Origin: Dehalococcoidia bacterium
GTDB lineage: Bacteria; Chloroflexota; Dehalococcoidia; Lucifugimonadales; UBA6952
Reading direction: 5' to 3'
NCBI GenBank assembly: GCA_022450525.1
Contig: JAKUQA010000005.1
Location: 4,475 to 68,474 of the forward strand
Length of the DNA stretch: 64,000 nt
Shown: piece by piece, positions 9,675-19,010 of the stretch
Position numbering within the stretch: position 1 is the first letter of the stretch
Layout: each line of letters starts with the position of its first letter
Translations under genes and position numbers: made by a program
The notes under the pieces: generated by a model
Seen by the model: the letters and a program-made list of their open reading frames with translations, nothing else
Told to the model about the DNA's origin: nothing
The model's database searches: none

Positions 9675-12086
9675 TCAAATATTGATCAAAGCATTTGCAA
9701 TGCCCTGATTTTTTTCTTCCTTTAGGAATGGATCTTTATCAATAAGATTTTTTGCTTCAAATCTTGCGATTTGCATCAATTTGAAATCTGTTTGAATATT
9801 TGCAATTTTCAGAAAATCATGACCACTCTGAACTTTGCCATGTTGCCGAACATTCCCTTCTCCGCGTAATTCCAAATCAATTTCAGCAAGTCTAAAACCA
9901 TCGGATACTTGCTCTACTGCTTTAAGTCTTTCTAAAGAATCTTCTGATGGATCCTCAGCAACTAACATACAATAACTTTCATGTTTGCCTCTACCAACCC
10001 GTCCCCTAAATTGATGTAATTGCGCAATACCAAATCTGTCAGCCCCTTCAATAATCATAACTGATGCATTAGGTATATCAACTCCAACTTCAATTACTGG
10101 TGTAGAAACTAATATATCAATTGATCCTTCTCTAAAACTATCCATGACTGATTGTTTTTCTTCCATCTTCATTTTCCCATGAAGTAAGCCCACAATTCTA
10201 TCTGGGAATATGTCTTTTTGTAATCGCATTTGCTCAATAATTGCAGCTTTTGCATTAATCGATTCAGATTCATTAATGAGTGGATACACGACAAAAGCTT
10301 GTCGACCTTGATCAATTTGCTTTCGAACAAATTCATACATTTTATTTCTGTTAATTTTATCCACAACTCTTGTTCTTATTTTTTGGCGACCTTCTGGAAG
10401 AGAATCTATTACAGAAGATTCTAAATCTCCATATATCGCCATTGCCAATGATGCAGGAATGGGAGTTGCAGTCATAGCAAGCATGTGGGGAATAGTGTTA
10501 TCATCGATTCTCTTTTTAAATAAAGCATTTCTTTGATCTACACCGAATCGATGTTCTTCATCAACTACAGCTAAAGCAAGTTTAGGAATTATTACACGCT
10601 CTTGTATTACTGAATGTGTACCAATCACTATATCTAATTCTCCCGTTTCCAGCATTTCTTGAATTTTTTCTTTTTTTCTTTTTGGCATACTTCCCATTAA
10701 AAGCCCTATTCTATAATCTCTGTTATTAATTAAATTACTGACTTGTAAATATGAATCTACTTGTTTTAATTCATCTGATAATAATTTTTTTACGGTCAAA
10801 AAATGCTGCTCAGCTAATACTTCTGTTGGTGCCATTAATACCCCCTGATATCCTGCTCCAACAACAGACAACAAGGATCCTAATGCAACAACAGTTTTAC
10901 CGCTACCTACATCGCCTTGTAATAATCTTCTCATAGGTTTATTTGAATTTGATAAATCGTGAATTATTTCTTTAATAACTTTCTTTTGTCCTTCGGTTAA
11001 TTTGAAAGGCAAAATATTGATAAACTGTGTTAGGCTTTCAGTTATATTTGTCACTTTAATTGATGATATATCCTTTTCTATATCTGAACGATAATACAAA
11101 AAAGACATTTGTAATAAAAATAATTCGTCGAAAGCTAGTCTTCTTCTTGATCGCTCTAAGCTTGATAATGATGAAGGATAGTGCATTTGTATTAATGCTT
11201 CTCTCAATTTCAAAAGATCATTTTTAACAATAAGTGATTCTGGTAAATATTCCTCTATTTCAAAAGCAAAATCTTTCAAAAAATCTCTTATAACTTTTCG
11301 TATCCTTGATTGTGAAACACCTTCAGTTTTTCCATAAACAGGAAAAAGCCTTCCTGAATTTAAAAATTTTTGATTTGCCATTTTAGCGTCAGCTAATTCC
11401 CAATCTGGAGATTCTAATGTTTTATATCCATTATGAATATTTGTTTTACCAGATAAAATATAAAGTTTCCCTGTCGATAATTGTTTACTTAAATATGTTT
11501 GGTTATACCAGATAACTTTTATTGTGCCAGAATGATCAGTAAATATTGCTTCTGTCGCTTTAAAATTTCTTTTATTACCCAAAAAGACTACTTGTGTTCC
11601 ATCACATCTAGCCAAAATAGTAGAATCGTCACCTGGAGCTAATTTATCTATTGTAGTGATTTTGCTATATCTACGTGGAAAGTGATATAGCAAATCATTT
11701 AACTTAAATATATTTAATTTATTTAGTTTTGTAGCTAAAGAATTTGTAATTCCCTTGAAATATGTTAATTCTTGGTCTAACTTATTTACGATATCGGAAG
11801 GACTACTAGGATCTACTTGATCTAGTATCTGTAAAGTTTTTTTTACCCAAATAATTCTTTGTTTTTGATCAAGTTCAGAATAAACCACAGGATATAGATT
11901 ATTATTCTTAAATTTCTCAAATAAAGGATTGATAGTTTCACGAAGTGACCATTGGCTTAGTAAACGATCTAGGCCACCAAATACAGATCGATCTATACAT
12001 CCAGTATTTTTTTCTAAACTACATACTGCAATTAAGGACTCAACATAATCTTTAAGCGTACGATCACGATTTTTAAAAATAGACAT
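9675..12086 (-). CDS. recG: ATP-dependent DNA helicase RecG with N-terminal extension
   Basis: LLYHFPRRY, RLLQGDVGSGKT, MAPTEVLAEQH, DEEHRFGVDQR, MTATPIP, QLHQFRGRVGRG. Confidence 0.97.
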   Translation of the reverse strand: MSIFKNRDRTLKDYVESLIAVCSLEKNTGCIDRSVFGGLDRLLSQWSLRETINPLFEKFKNNNLYPVVYSELDQKQRIIWVKKTLQILDQVDPSSPSDIVNKLDQELTYFKGITNSLATKLNKLNIFKLNDLLYHFPRRYSKITTIDKLAPGDDSTILARCDGTQVVFLGNKRNFKATEAIFTDHSGTIKVIWYNQTYLSKQLSTGKLYILSGKTNIHNGYKTLESPDWELADAKMANQKFLNSGRLFPVYGKTEGVSQSRIRKVIRDFLKDFAFEIEEYLPESLIVKNDLLKLREALIQMHYPSSLSSLERSRRRLAFDELFLLQMSFLYYRSDIEKDISSIKVTNITESLTQFINILPFKLTEGQKKVIKEIIHDLSNSNKPMRRLLQGDVGSGKTVVALGSLLSVVGAGYQGVLMAPTEVLAEQHFLTVKKLLSDELKQVDSYLQVSNLINNRDYRIGLLMGSMPKRKKEKIQEMLETGELDIVIGTHSVIQERVIIPKLALAVVDEEHRFGVDQRNALFKKRIDDNTIPHMLAMTATPIPASLAMAIYGDLESSVIDSLPEGRQKIRTRVVDKINRNKMYEFVRKQIDQGRQAFVVYPLINESESINAKAAIIEQMRLQKDIFPDRIVGLLHGKMKMEEKQSVMDSFREGSIDILVSTPVIEVGVDIPNASVMIIEGADRFGIAQLHQFRGRVGRGKHESYCMLVAEDPSEDSLERLKAVEQVSDGFRLAEIDLELRGEGNVRQHGKVQSGHDFLKIANIQTDFKLMQIARFEAKNLIDKDPFLKEEKNQGIANALINI

Positions 12087-12116
12087 ATGTAACCTATGAA
12101 CAATTTAATTTAATAA

Positions 12117-13403
12117 TTATTCACCTACAGCCCCAGAATCTCTCAATTCTTTTATCTTTTTTTCTGAATATCCCAATGCATTTAATATCTCATCATTATT
12201 TTGACCTAGCGTTGGAGATGGGTCATGTGGAACAAGGGGTGTTTCAGACATTTTAACTATAGGGCCTATCATTTTTATTTTTCCAACCAACGGATGTTCA
12301 TGTTCACGAATGATATCATTTGCAATAACTTGATTATCTGTCATAAGTTCAGATACGAATTTTACAGGGCCACATGGAACTCCAGCACTATCCAAGACTT
12401 CCATCCATTCTTGTACAGTTTTAGTAAGAAATAGTTCTTCTACTTCTTTTCTAAGATTTTGAGTAAATGCAATATTATCTTCTTGATCAGCTTTGTAACC
12501 TGGTTCAAACCTTCGATCATAAATTCCTATAGCATCCGCCATTTTTTTTCTAAGTCTGTCACTTAAACAGGCTACAGCTATAACACTATCTTTAGCCTGA
12601 TAGGTTCTGTAGTAAATCATTCTAATGCCGAATGCTGCAGGATTATTTAGTCTTATTCCATCAACATAATCATGGATATCACTGTAAGGAGCACCGCTTT
12701 CTCTCAATAAATTAATTGTTTCAATTAGCTCTTCTTTTGGTTCTTTATCAACCATTTCAACTTCTAAAAAACTTGTAGTCTGTAATGCTAATGCTGTTGC
12801 TAATAAAGAAGCTTCTATTTTTTGTCCTTTTCCAGTGATTGATCTGGCATGTAAAGCCGCACATATTGACATGCTCATAGTCAATGCAGTTGAAAAATCA
12901 GCAAGAGCAGTAGCACTTATAGATTGAGGTATCCCTTCATTAAGTTTACCATCAGCAGCCATCAATCCACTCATTGCCTGAATAATTATGTCGTATCCCG
13001 GGCGATAACTATCATTTCCTTCACTACCATATGCTGTATTTTGACAATAAATTAATTTAGGATTCATTTTTGACAAAGTATCATAATCTATACCAAGGTT
13101 TGCAGGAACGTCTGGACGATAATTAACGATAACAACATCTATATCATTAATTAAGTCATAAATTATTTGTTTTGCAGAATCTTTATTTAAATCTAAAGTA
13201 AGACTTTTTTTTCCTCGATTCAAACTAATATATGTTCGGCTTTCATTTGGAACAATTGGTTGAGAAAATCTCCAAGGTTCTCCCCAAGGTGGTTCTATTT
13301 TTATTACATCTGCACCCATGTCAGATAAAAGCATACCTGCAAAAGGGCCTGCAATAATCTCTGAAAAATCCAAAACACGTATATTTTCTAAAGGACCTTT
13401 CAT
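12117..13403 (-). CDS. Family III CoA-transferase (CaiB/BaiF)
   Basis: PLENIRVLDFSEIIAGPFAGMLLSDMGADVIKIEPPWGE, NRGKKS, catalytic-Asp region ALADF; start reassigned to ATG 13403 (GGGAGG RBS upstream). Confidence 0.93.
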   Translation of the reverse strand: MKGPLENIRVLDFSEIIAGPFAGMLLSDMGADVIKIEPPWGEPWRFSQPIVPNESRTYISLNRGKKSLTLDLNKDSAKQIIYDLINDIDVVIVNYRPDVPANLGIDYDTLSKMNPKLIYCQNTAYGSEGNDSYRPGYDIIIQAMSGLMAADGKLNEGIPQSISATALADFSTALTMSMSICAALHARSITGKGQKIEASLLATALALQTTSFLEVEMVDKEPKEELIETINLLRESGAPYSDIHDYVDGIRLNNPAAFGIRMIYYRTYQAKDSVIAVACLSDRLRKKMADAIGIYDRRFEPGYKADQEDNIAFTQNLRKEVEELFLTKTVQEWMEVLDSAGVPCGPVKFVSELMTDNQVIANDIIREHEHPLVGKIKMIGPIVKMSETPLVPHDPSPTLGQNNDEILNALGYSEKKIKELRDSGAVGE

Positions 13404-13497
13404 ATTGTGTATCCTCCCATTTACATAAAAAATAGAATGAAGAACGTTATAATCGAATGAAGCAAGTATATAAGAAAATATAAACAACTTATAGATG

Positions 13498-13525
13498 TTG
13501 ACGACAAAAATAAACAACCTATAAT
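13498..13525 (+). promoter_or_regulatory. Putative sigma70-type promoter for the MBL-VOC-CapA-ComA-DinB operon
   Basis: TTGACG (13498-13503), 16 nt spacer, TATAAT (13520-13525). Confidence 0.55.
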
Positions 13526-13590
13526 TATCAGGAGCTGTCAATCATACATTTTTTTGATATTTATCTAACAAAAAGAAAGAAAAATCATCT

Positions 13591-14427
13591 ATGAAAATTT
13601 CCGAACATGTCTATAGAGTCCATATTAACGAAGATGATAGTCCATTTGGCACTTATCACCCAGGAGGATCAAGCATATATTTTATCGGTAATCCCAATAC
13701 AAATATGGTGGTTATGGACACTGGAGAACATTATCGTAGTTGGACAGATCAAATACTTGCCTATCACAAAGAATTAGGCTCTCCAAATATTTCCAACATT
13801 TATATTACCCATGGTCACTACGACCATATTGGAGGAGTTGATCGACTTCAAAAAGAATTTCAATGCAAAGTTGGATGTCATATAAATTTAAAATCTAAAT
13901 TGGAAATGATCCTAGAAGAAGGTATTGTATTTTCTATAGAAGATCAAGAAATATTAAAGGTTAATGATAATATCAACCTTTTAGCTCTCTATACACCAGG
14001 GCATGAAAATGATCACATATGCTATTTTTTACAAGAAGAACAAATTATGTTTACAGGTGACACAATATTGGGAAGTTCTTCATCTTCAGTAAGAAATTTA
14101 AAACAGTATATGAATAGTTTAGAAATTTTACTTGACCATAAACCCACAAAAGTTTTTCCAGCACATGGAGCTTTAGTAGAAGATGGAACAGCAAAAATAA
14201 AATCTTATATACAACACCGCCAAAAAAGAGAAGAACAGATTATTAATGCATTAACTAAAAATACTTCACAAAATGTTTATGAAATCGTAGATTTTGTATA
14301 TCCTAAGGATCTAAACCCTAATCTTAGAGAAGCTGCTGCTCGAAATGTTAGGACTCATTTAGAAAAATTGTCAGAAGAAGGTAAGATAGAAGAAACTAGC
14401 CCTTTATATTCTCTAAATAATAACTGA
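13591..14427 (+). CDS. Metallo-beta-lactamase fold hydrolase with C-terminal winged helix (LACTB2-like)
   Basis: THGHYDHIGG, PGHENDH, FTGD, PAHG; C-terminal HLEKLSEEGKI. Confidence 0.9.
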   Translation: MKISEHVYRVHINEDDSPFGTYHPGGSSIYFIGNPNTNMVVMDTGEHYRSWTDQILAYHKELGSPNISNIYITHGHYDHIGGVDRLQKEFQCKVGCHINLKSKLEMILEEGIVFSIEDQEILKVNDNINLLALYTPGHENDHICYFLQEEQIMFTGDTILGSSSSSVRNLKQYMNSLEILLDHKPTKVFPAHGALVEDGTAKIKSYIQHRQKREEQIINALTKNTSQNVYEIVDFVYPKDLNPNLREAAARNVRTHLEKLSEEGKIEETSPLYSLNNN

Positions 14428-14440
14428 AAAGGAGAAATGT

Positions 14441-15364
14441 ATGTCTTTTACTAGAATTGATCATGTAACTATATTAGCCCCTGACCTTGATAAAGCTAGA
14501 GATATTTACTGCAATGGATTTGGAATGTCAGTTGATCAAAGTCGGACACCTATATCAAAAACTAATCCTGGATCCTTACCAGATGTAAACAGCCTACTAA
14601 TGCCTATAGCTGAAATGTGTGTAGAATTTGCTACACCGATCACACAAAAAGGAGAGGCTCATGAATTCATTCAAGAAAAATCTTCTGGTGGTATACACCA
14701 CTTGTGCTTGAATTCAGATAATTTAACAGAAGATATAAAACACCTTGAATCAAAAGGTATTAAAATCAGAGCGGATCAACTCGAAGGATGGAATGGGAAA
14801 ACCCCAGTACTTTTGGATCCAAATACAACATTTGGACTACAGTTAATGGTTTGCTCATCAGAAGATTATTATCCACATCCTGCATACAGAGGTAATGGTA
14901 ATTTTAATGGAATGGCCCATATAGGTATAGCTGCAAGAAGTTATGAAGAACAAAAATTTCTTTGGGAAGAATGTTTTAAATTACCACAAGACTATACAAG
15001 AGATCGAGGTGGTCCTCGTGAAAAAAATCCTGACGGAACTCCAAGACTTGGTCCCGATGATCCCGTATATCTCAAAGAATTCCCAATCGGAAGTTGTGTA
15101 ATTGAAATTAGTATCCCTGCAGATGAAGATAGCGGCACAGCCAAATTCGTCGCACAGAGAGCATTGCAAGGAGCTGCTTTTCATCACATTGGCCCATGGT
15201 CTCCAAACGTCCATAAAGTAATTGATCAAGCTAAAGAGTATGGTATACAACAAATAGGAGCTGTCCCTGAACCTGGACTTGATATCAATTATGTTGCCTG
15301 GTTTCATCCTAAGACTTGTATAGGAACTCTTGTTGAAGTATGGAATCGTGCAGAACCGCATTGA
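14441..15364 (+). CDS. Tandem two-domain VOC family protein (methylmalonyl-CoA epimerase-like)
   Basis: Two repeats: IDHVTI..CVE..GIHHLCL and MAHIGIA..VIE..AFHHIG..WFHPKTCIGTLVEV. Confidence 0.8.
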   Translation: MSFTRIDHVTILAPDLDKARDIYCNGFGMSVDQSRTPISKTNPGSLPDVNSLLMPIAEMCVEFATPITQKGEAHEFIQEKSSGGIHHLCLNSDNLTEDIKHLESKGIKIRADQLEGWNGKTPVLLDPNTTFGLQLMVCSSEDYYPHPAYRGNGNFNGMAHIGIAARSYEEQKFLWEECFKLPQDYTRDRGGPREKNPDGTPRLGPDDPVYLKEFPIGSCVIEISIPADEDSGTAKFVAQRALQGAAFHHIGPWSPNVHKVIDQAKEYGIQQIGAVPEPGLDINYVAWFHPKTCIGTLVEVWNRAEPH

Positions 15365-15379
15365 TTTAAGGAGATATAG

Positions 15380-16513
15380 ATGTCAAAAAAGTCTGATTCA
15401 ACCTTACGCATAGTAATGGTAGGAGATGTAATTATTACGGAGGCTATTGATCCTGAAATAGCTTTTGGAAATACTTTACCCATTTTACAAAATGGTGATA
15501 TCACCTTGGCAAATGTTGAAGGAGTGATATGTGATGAATCAGTATCTTCTCTTCCAGGTAAAACAGAATCAGGCAGTGGAGGACATGTACGGATGCCCTC
15601 TGGTCCAATTGAAAACATATTAAAATTAGCCAATGTAAATGCAGTATCTACCGCAAATAATCACACTATGGATTTTGGAGAAGAAGGTCTTATTCAAACT
15701 CTCAATGCTTTAGATAAAGCAAAAATACCTCATGCAGGCTCTGGTATGAATATAAATGATGCACATAAACCTGTTTATCTTGAATCTAAGGGTAGAAGAA
15801 TCGGATTTTTATCATATACTTCCTGCTATGTCCCTTTGACTTTTCCCGCCGGAGAAAACAAACCTGGATGTGCAGTAGTAAATGCACAAACCGCATACGA
15901 AGCTTCATATAATGCCCCATATCAACCAGGTTCAATTCCAAGAATAATTAGTTGGGCTAATCCAGAACATTTAGAAGTAATGAAAGAAGATGTACGTAAG
16001 GCAAAAATTAATTCAGATATAGTTATTATTAGTTGGCACTGGGGACAAACTGCAAGGGGTAATGCTCGATCTTTAGGTGTACCAGTAGAAATTGCTCCAT
16101 GCTATGTCACAGAATATCAAGAAGAAATGGCTCATACTGCAATAGATGCAGGAGCAGATATTATTATGGGCCATCATCCTCATGAACCCCAAGGAATAGA
16201 AATTTACAAAGGTAAACCAATTTTCTACAGTTTGGGGAATTTCTCATTTGGAGGAACAGCAATTCGATCAATAGAGCGAGATTCTTGTATTGCACAGGTA
16301 GATATAGACAGCTTAGGTAGAAAAAGAGTTTCCATACTACCTATTCGTATAAGCAGTGAAAATATTCCCAATGTACTAACTCCTCGACAAGGTAAAAGTT
16401 TAATTCAATATTACGGAATACTTTCAAGAAAATATCAAACCATATTTAAAACAGTCGGAAAAGAAGTAGTTGCAAAAAAAATTAATACTAAAATTGAAGC
16501 TCCAGTTTACTAA
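15380..16513 (+). CDS. CapA (PGA_cap) family metallophosphoesterase-fold protein, no signal peptide
   Basis: VGDVII, ANVEG, ANNHTMDFGEEG, SWHWG, GHHPH, PIFYSLGNF. Confidence 0.9.
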   Translation: MSKKSDSTLRIVMVGDVIITEAIDPEIAFGNTLPILQNGDITLANVEGVICDESVSSLPGKTESGSGGHVRMPSGPIENILKLANVNAVSTANNHTMDFGEEGLIQTLNALDKAKIPHAGSGMNINDAHKPVYLESKGRRIGFLSYTSCYVPLTFPAGENKPGCAVVNAQTAYEASYNAPYQPGSIPRIISWANPEHLEVMKEDVRKAKINSDIVIISWHWGQTARGNARSLGVPVEIAPCYVTEYQEEMAHTAIDAGADIIMGHHPHEPQGIEIYKGKPIFYSLGNFSFGGTAIRSIERDSCIAQVDIDSLGRKRVSILPIRISSENIPNVLTPRQGKSLIQYYGILSRKYQTIFKTVGKEVVAKKINTKIEAPVY

Positions 16514-16527
16514 ACTAAGGATGAATA

Positions 16528-17313
16528 ATGACTGAAACTTCGTTTGATTTCATCTCAATAAATTTGCCTAACCCTAAACCAAGGTCTAAAGGTGTCACTT
16601 GCGTTACTGATGTTATGTGGACAACCTCAATGATGGATGATTATCTCGATGATTTTGAAGATATTATTGACTGGGTAAAAATTCAAAATCACCGTAGAAC
16701 AATTAGTACCTATGATGATAAATGGTTTTCGAAAAGAAATAAAACTTTAGCTAAACATAATGTTGGTTCTTATATAGGTGGTATGGTATTTGAAATGGCT
16801 TATGTACAGGGTAAACATCGTCAATTTTTTGAAAAAAATTTAGAGTTAGGATTTAGTGCTATAGAAGTTAGTGAAGATAGTATCCCTGATATGCCTCCAG
16901 GAGTACGTACTGATATTATTAAGGAAGCAAAATCAATGGGACTCAGAGTGTTTACTGAAATTGGAAAGAAAAAGCCTGTTTCTCCAATGAAATCTGATGA
17001 TGCTATCAAAGCAGTACTTGAAGATTTAGAGGCAGGTAGCGAGCATGTAATCTTAGAATCTGCAGAAACAAAATTACTACGAGAAAATAATATGATCGAT
17101 GTATTGCCGACAATCGCAAAAGCTGTTGGTTTGGAACATATTTATTTTGAACTCCGTCGAGGTTACAATTTAGAACAACCTTGGATGGAATTATGTGAAT
17201 GGTTAGTCCAATCACTTGGCCCAGAGATCAATGTAATGAATATTAAAGTTGATGAATGTGTTTGGGTAGACCGAATCAGATATCCATTAACAACCAACCA
17301 AAATTTACATTAA
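16528..17313 (+). CDS. comA: Phosphosulfolactate synthase (ComA)-family protein, divergent
   Basis: PKPRSKGVTCVTD, GGMVFE, GFSAIEVSED, VFTEIGKK, LEAGSEHVILE. Confidence 0.75.
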   Translation: MTETSFDFISINLPNPKPRSKGVTCVTDVMWTTSMMDDYLDDFEDIIDWVKIQNHRRTISTYDDKWFSKRNKTLAKHNVGSYIGGMVFEMAYVQGKHRQFFEKNLELGFSAIEVSEDSIPDMPPGVRTDIIKEAKSMGLRVFTEIGKKKPVSPMKSDDAIKAVLEDLEAGSEHVILESAETKLLRENNMIDVLPTIAKAVGLEHIYFELRRGYNLEQPWMELCEWLVQSLGPEINVMNIKVDECVWVDRIRYPLTTNQNLH

Positions 17314-17328
17314 AAATAAGGAGATAAT

Positions 17329-17739
17329 ATGAGTAAAGTAAATGATTATTTAAAAAATATGGCAGAATCTAGAGCAAAAGTCATAGCTAAATTACAAAAT
17401 GTTCCCGATGAGGCTATGACTTTACCAATACCAAATAGAGATAATATATCTGTACGTTTTATATTTTACAGACTAGTTGCTCATGAAATAGAACATACTA
17501 TTCACCTAGCGAAAACTGTAAGATCTCTAGGCGTACATTTGAGTGAAGCAGAACAAATTCTTGAAGAGTTAGCTGAAAGTCGCGGAAAATTAATCGGAAT
17601 GTTAAGCACATTAACTGATGAAGAGCTTGATACCAAACCATCTGCAGAAGATTGGTCACCTAGAGAAGTAGTTGACCATATACTAGAAGTAGAAGAAGGA
17701 AGTTATTCTGACCAAATAATCAATGCTTTAGAAAAATAA
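17329..17739 (+). CDS. DinB/YfiT-like four-helix protein
   Basis: HEIEH and KPSAEDWSPREVVDHI motifs; internal repeat AESRAKVI / AESRGKLI. Confidence 0.75.
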   Translation: MSKVNDYLKNMAESRAKVIAKLQNVPDEAMTLPIPNRDNISVRFIFYRLVAHEIEHTIHLAKTVRSLGVHLSEAEQILEELAESRGKLIGMLSTLTDEELDTKPSAEDWSPREVVDHILEVEEGSYSDQIINALEK

Positions 17740-18844
17740 TTAGAAAGTATCATTAGAGACTTGATTTAACAGATATGATTGTAAAAAATCATTGATATTA
17801 CCATCTAATACAGAATTAGTATCGGTATCTTCATGCCCAGTTCTGTGATCTTTTACCATTTTATATGGATGTAAAACATAACTTCTAATTTGATTTCCCC
17901 ATTCTGCAGATATGTGTTCACCCTTTAATTCAGAATGTTCTTTCTCTAATTCTTTCATTCTTATATCTAGTAGTCGTGCCTTCAATATTTGCATTGCGAG
18001 TTCTTTATTCTGTAATTGTGATCTTTCATTTTGACAAACAACTACAACTCCAGTAGGTAAATGAGTTATACGTATTGCTGTAGAATTTTTCTGCACATTT
18101 TGCCCTCCATGCCCTCCAGCTCGAAAAACATCTATTCGCAAATCATCATTATCTATTGTTACATCAACATTTTTTTCTGTATCTGGTAAAACTTCAACTA
18201 ATGCAAATGATGTATGCCTTGATTTTGAAGCATCAAACGGAGATATTCTAACTAACCTATGAACCCCTTTTTCTGATTTCAAATTCCCATAAGACCATCG
18301 CCCCTTTATGGAAATAAGTACACTCTTGATACCTGCTTCATCACCTTCTGATAACTCGATTATCTCAGCAGAATAATTTTTCTTCTCTGCCCATCTTAAA
18401 TACATCCTGAGCAACATCTGAGACCAATCTTGAGATTCAGTACCTCCTGCTCCAGCATGAATTGCAAGTATAGAATTGGAATCGTCATACTCTCCTGAAA
18501 AGAGTAAATTAAATTCTACAATAGATAATTCTTCTTCCACCCTGGTAATTTCTTCAAGTAATTGTTTTTCAACCTCAACATCATCCTCATCTATGATTGA
18601 AGTTAATTCTACTAATTCACTAATATCTGACTCAAGGGAACGACACTTTTGAACAAAATTTGTTAGATCAGCTAAACGTTGCATTATCTCTTTAGCCAAT
18701 GAAGAATTGTCCCAAAAATCCCCTGCTAATGTTTTCTGTTGTAAATCTTCAATTTCTGCATCTGTTTTAGGTAAGTCAAAGACGCACCATTATATCTGCA
18801 AATTTTGATTCTAAACTAACAGACCTGTTATTTAACTCTTCCAT
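17740..18844 (-). CDS. prfB: Peptide chain release factor 2, 367 aa, translated via a +1 programmed frameshift after codon 22
   Basis: Frame 0 reads MEELNNRSVSLESKFADIMVRL-stop from ATG 18844; the +1 frame continues DLPKTDAEIEDL..DFWD; contains GAGGTESQDW, SPF and GGHGGQNV. Confidence 0.95.
18775..18790 (-). other. RF2 +1 frameshift site CTT-TGA-C with upstream SD-like sequence
   Basis: Minus strand reads ATGGTGCGT CTTTGAC; CTTTGAC at 18781-18775. Confidence 0.92.
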
Positions 18845-19010
18845 TTTAACTACTTCCTTATTTTTAATACCAACATAAATTATGCAATATATTAAATATA
18901 TTAACAACAAAGTAGGTAAGCAAAATAAATGCATCTATTTACTTGCTTTAGAAAAACATTTCTATTATATTGTGAGCACTGTAGCAATTTTACTCAATGG
19001 GGAGGTTCTG

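Noticed and set aside
15380-16513. Poly-gamma-glutamate capsule locus suggested by the CapA annotation
   Set aside because: No capB/capC in the window and the proteins lack export or anchor signals
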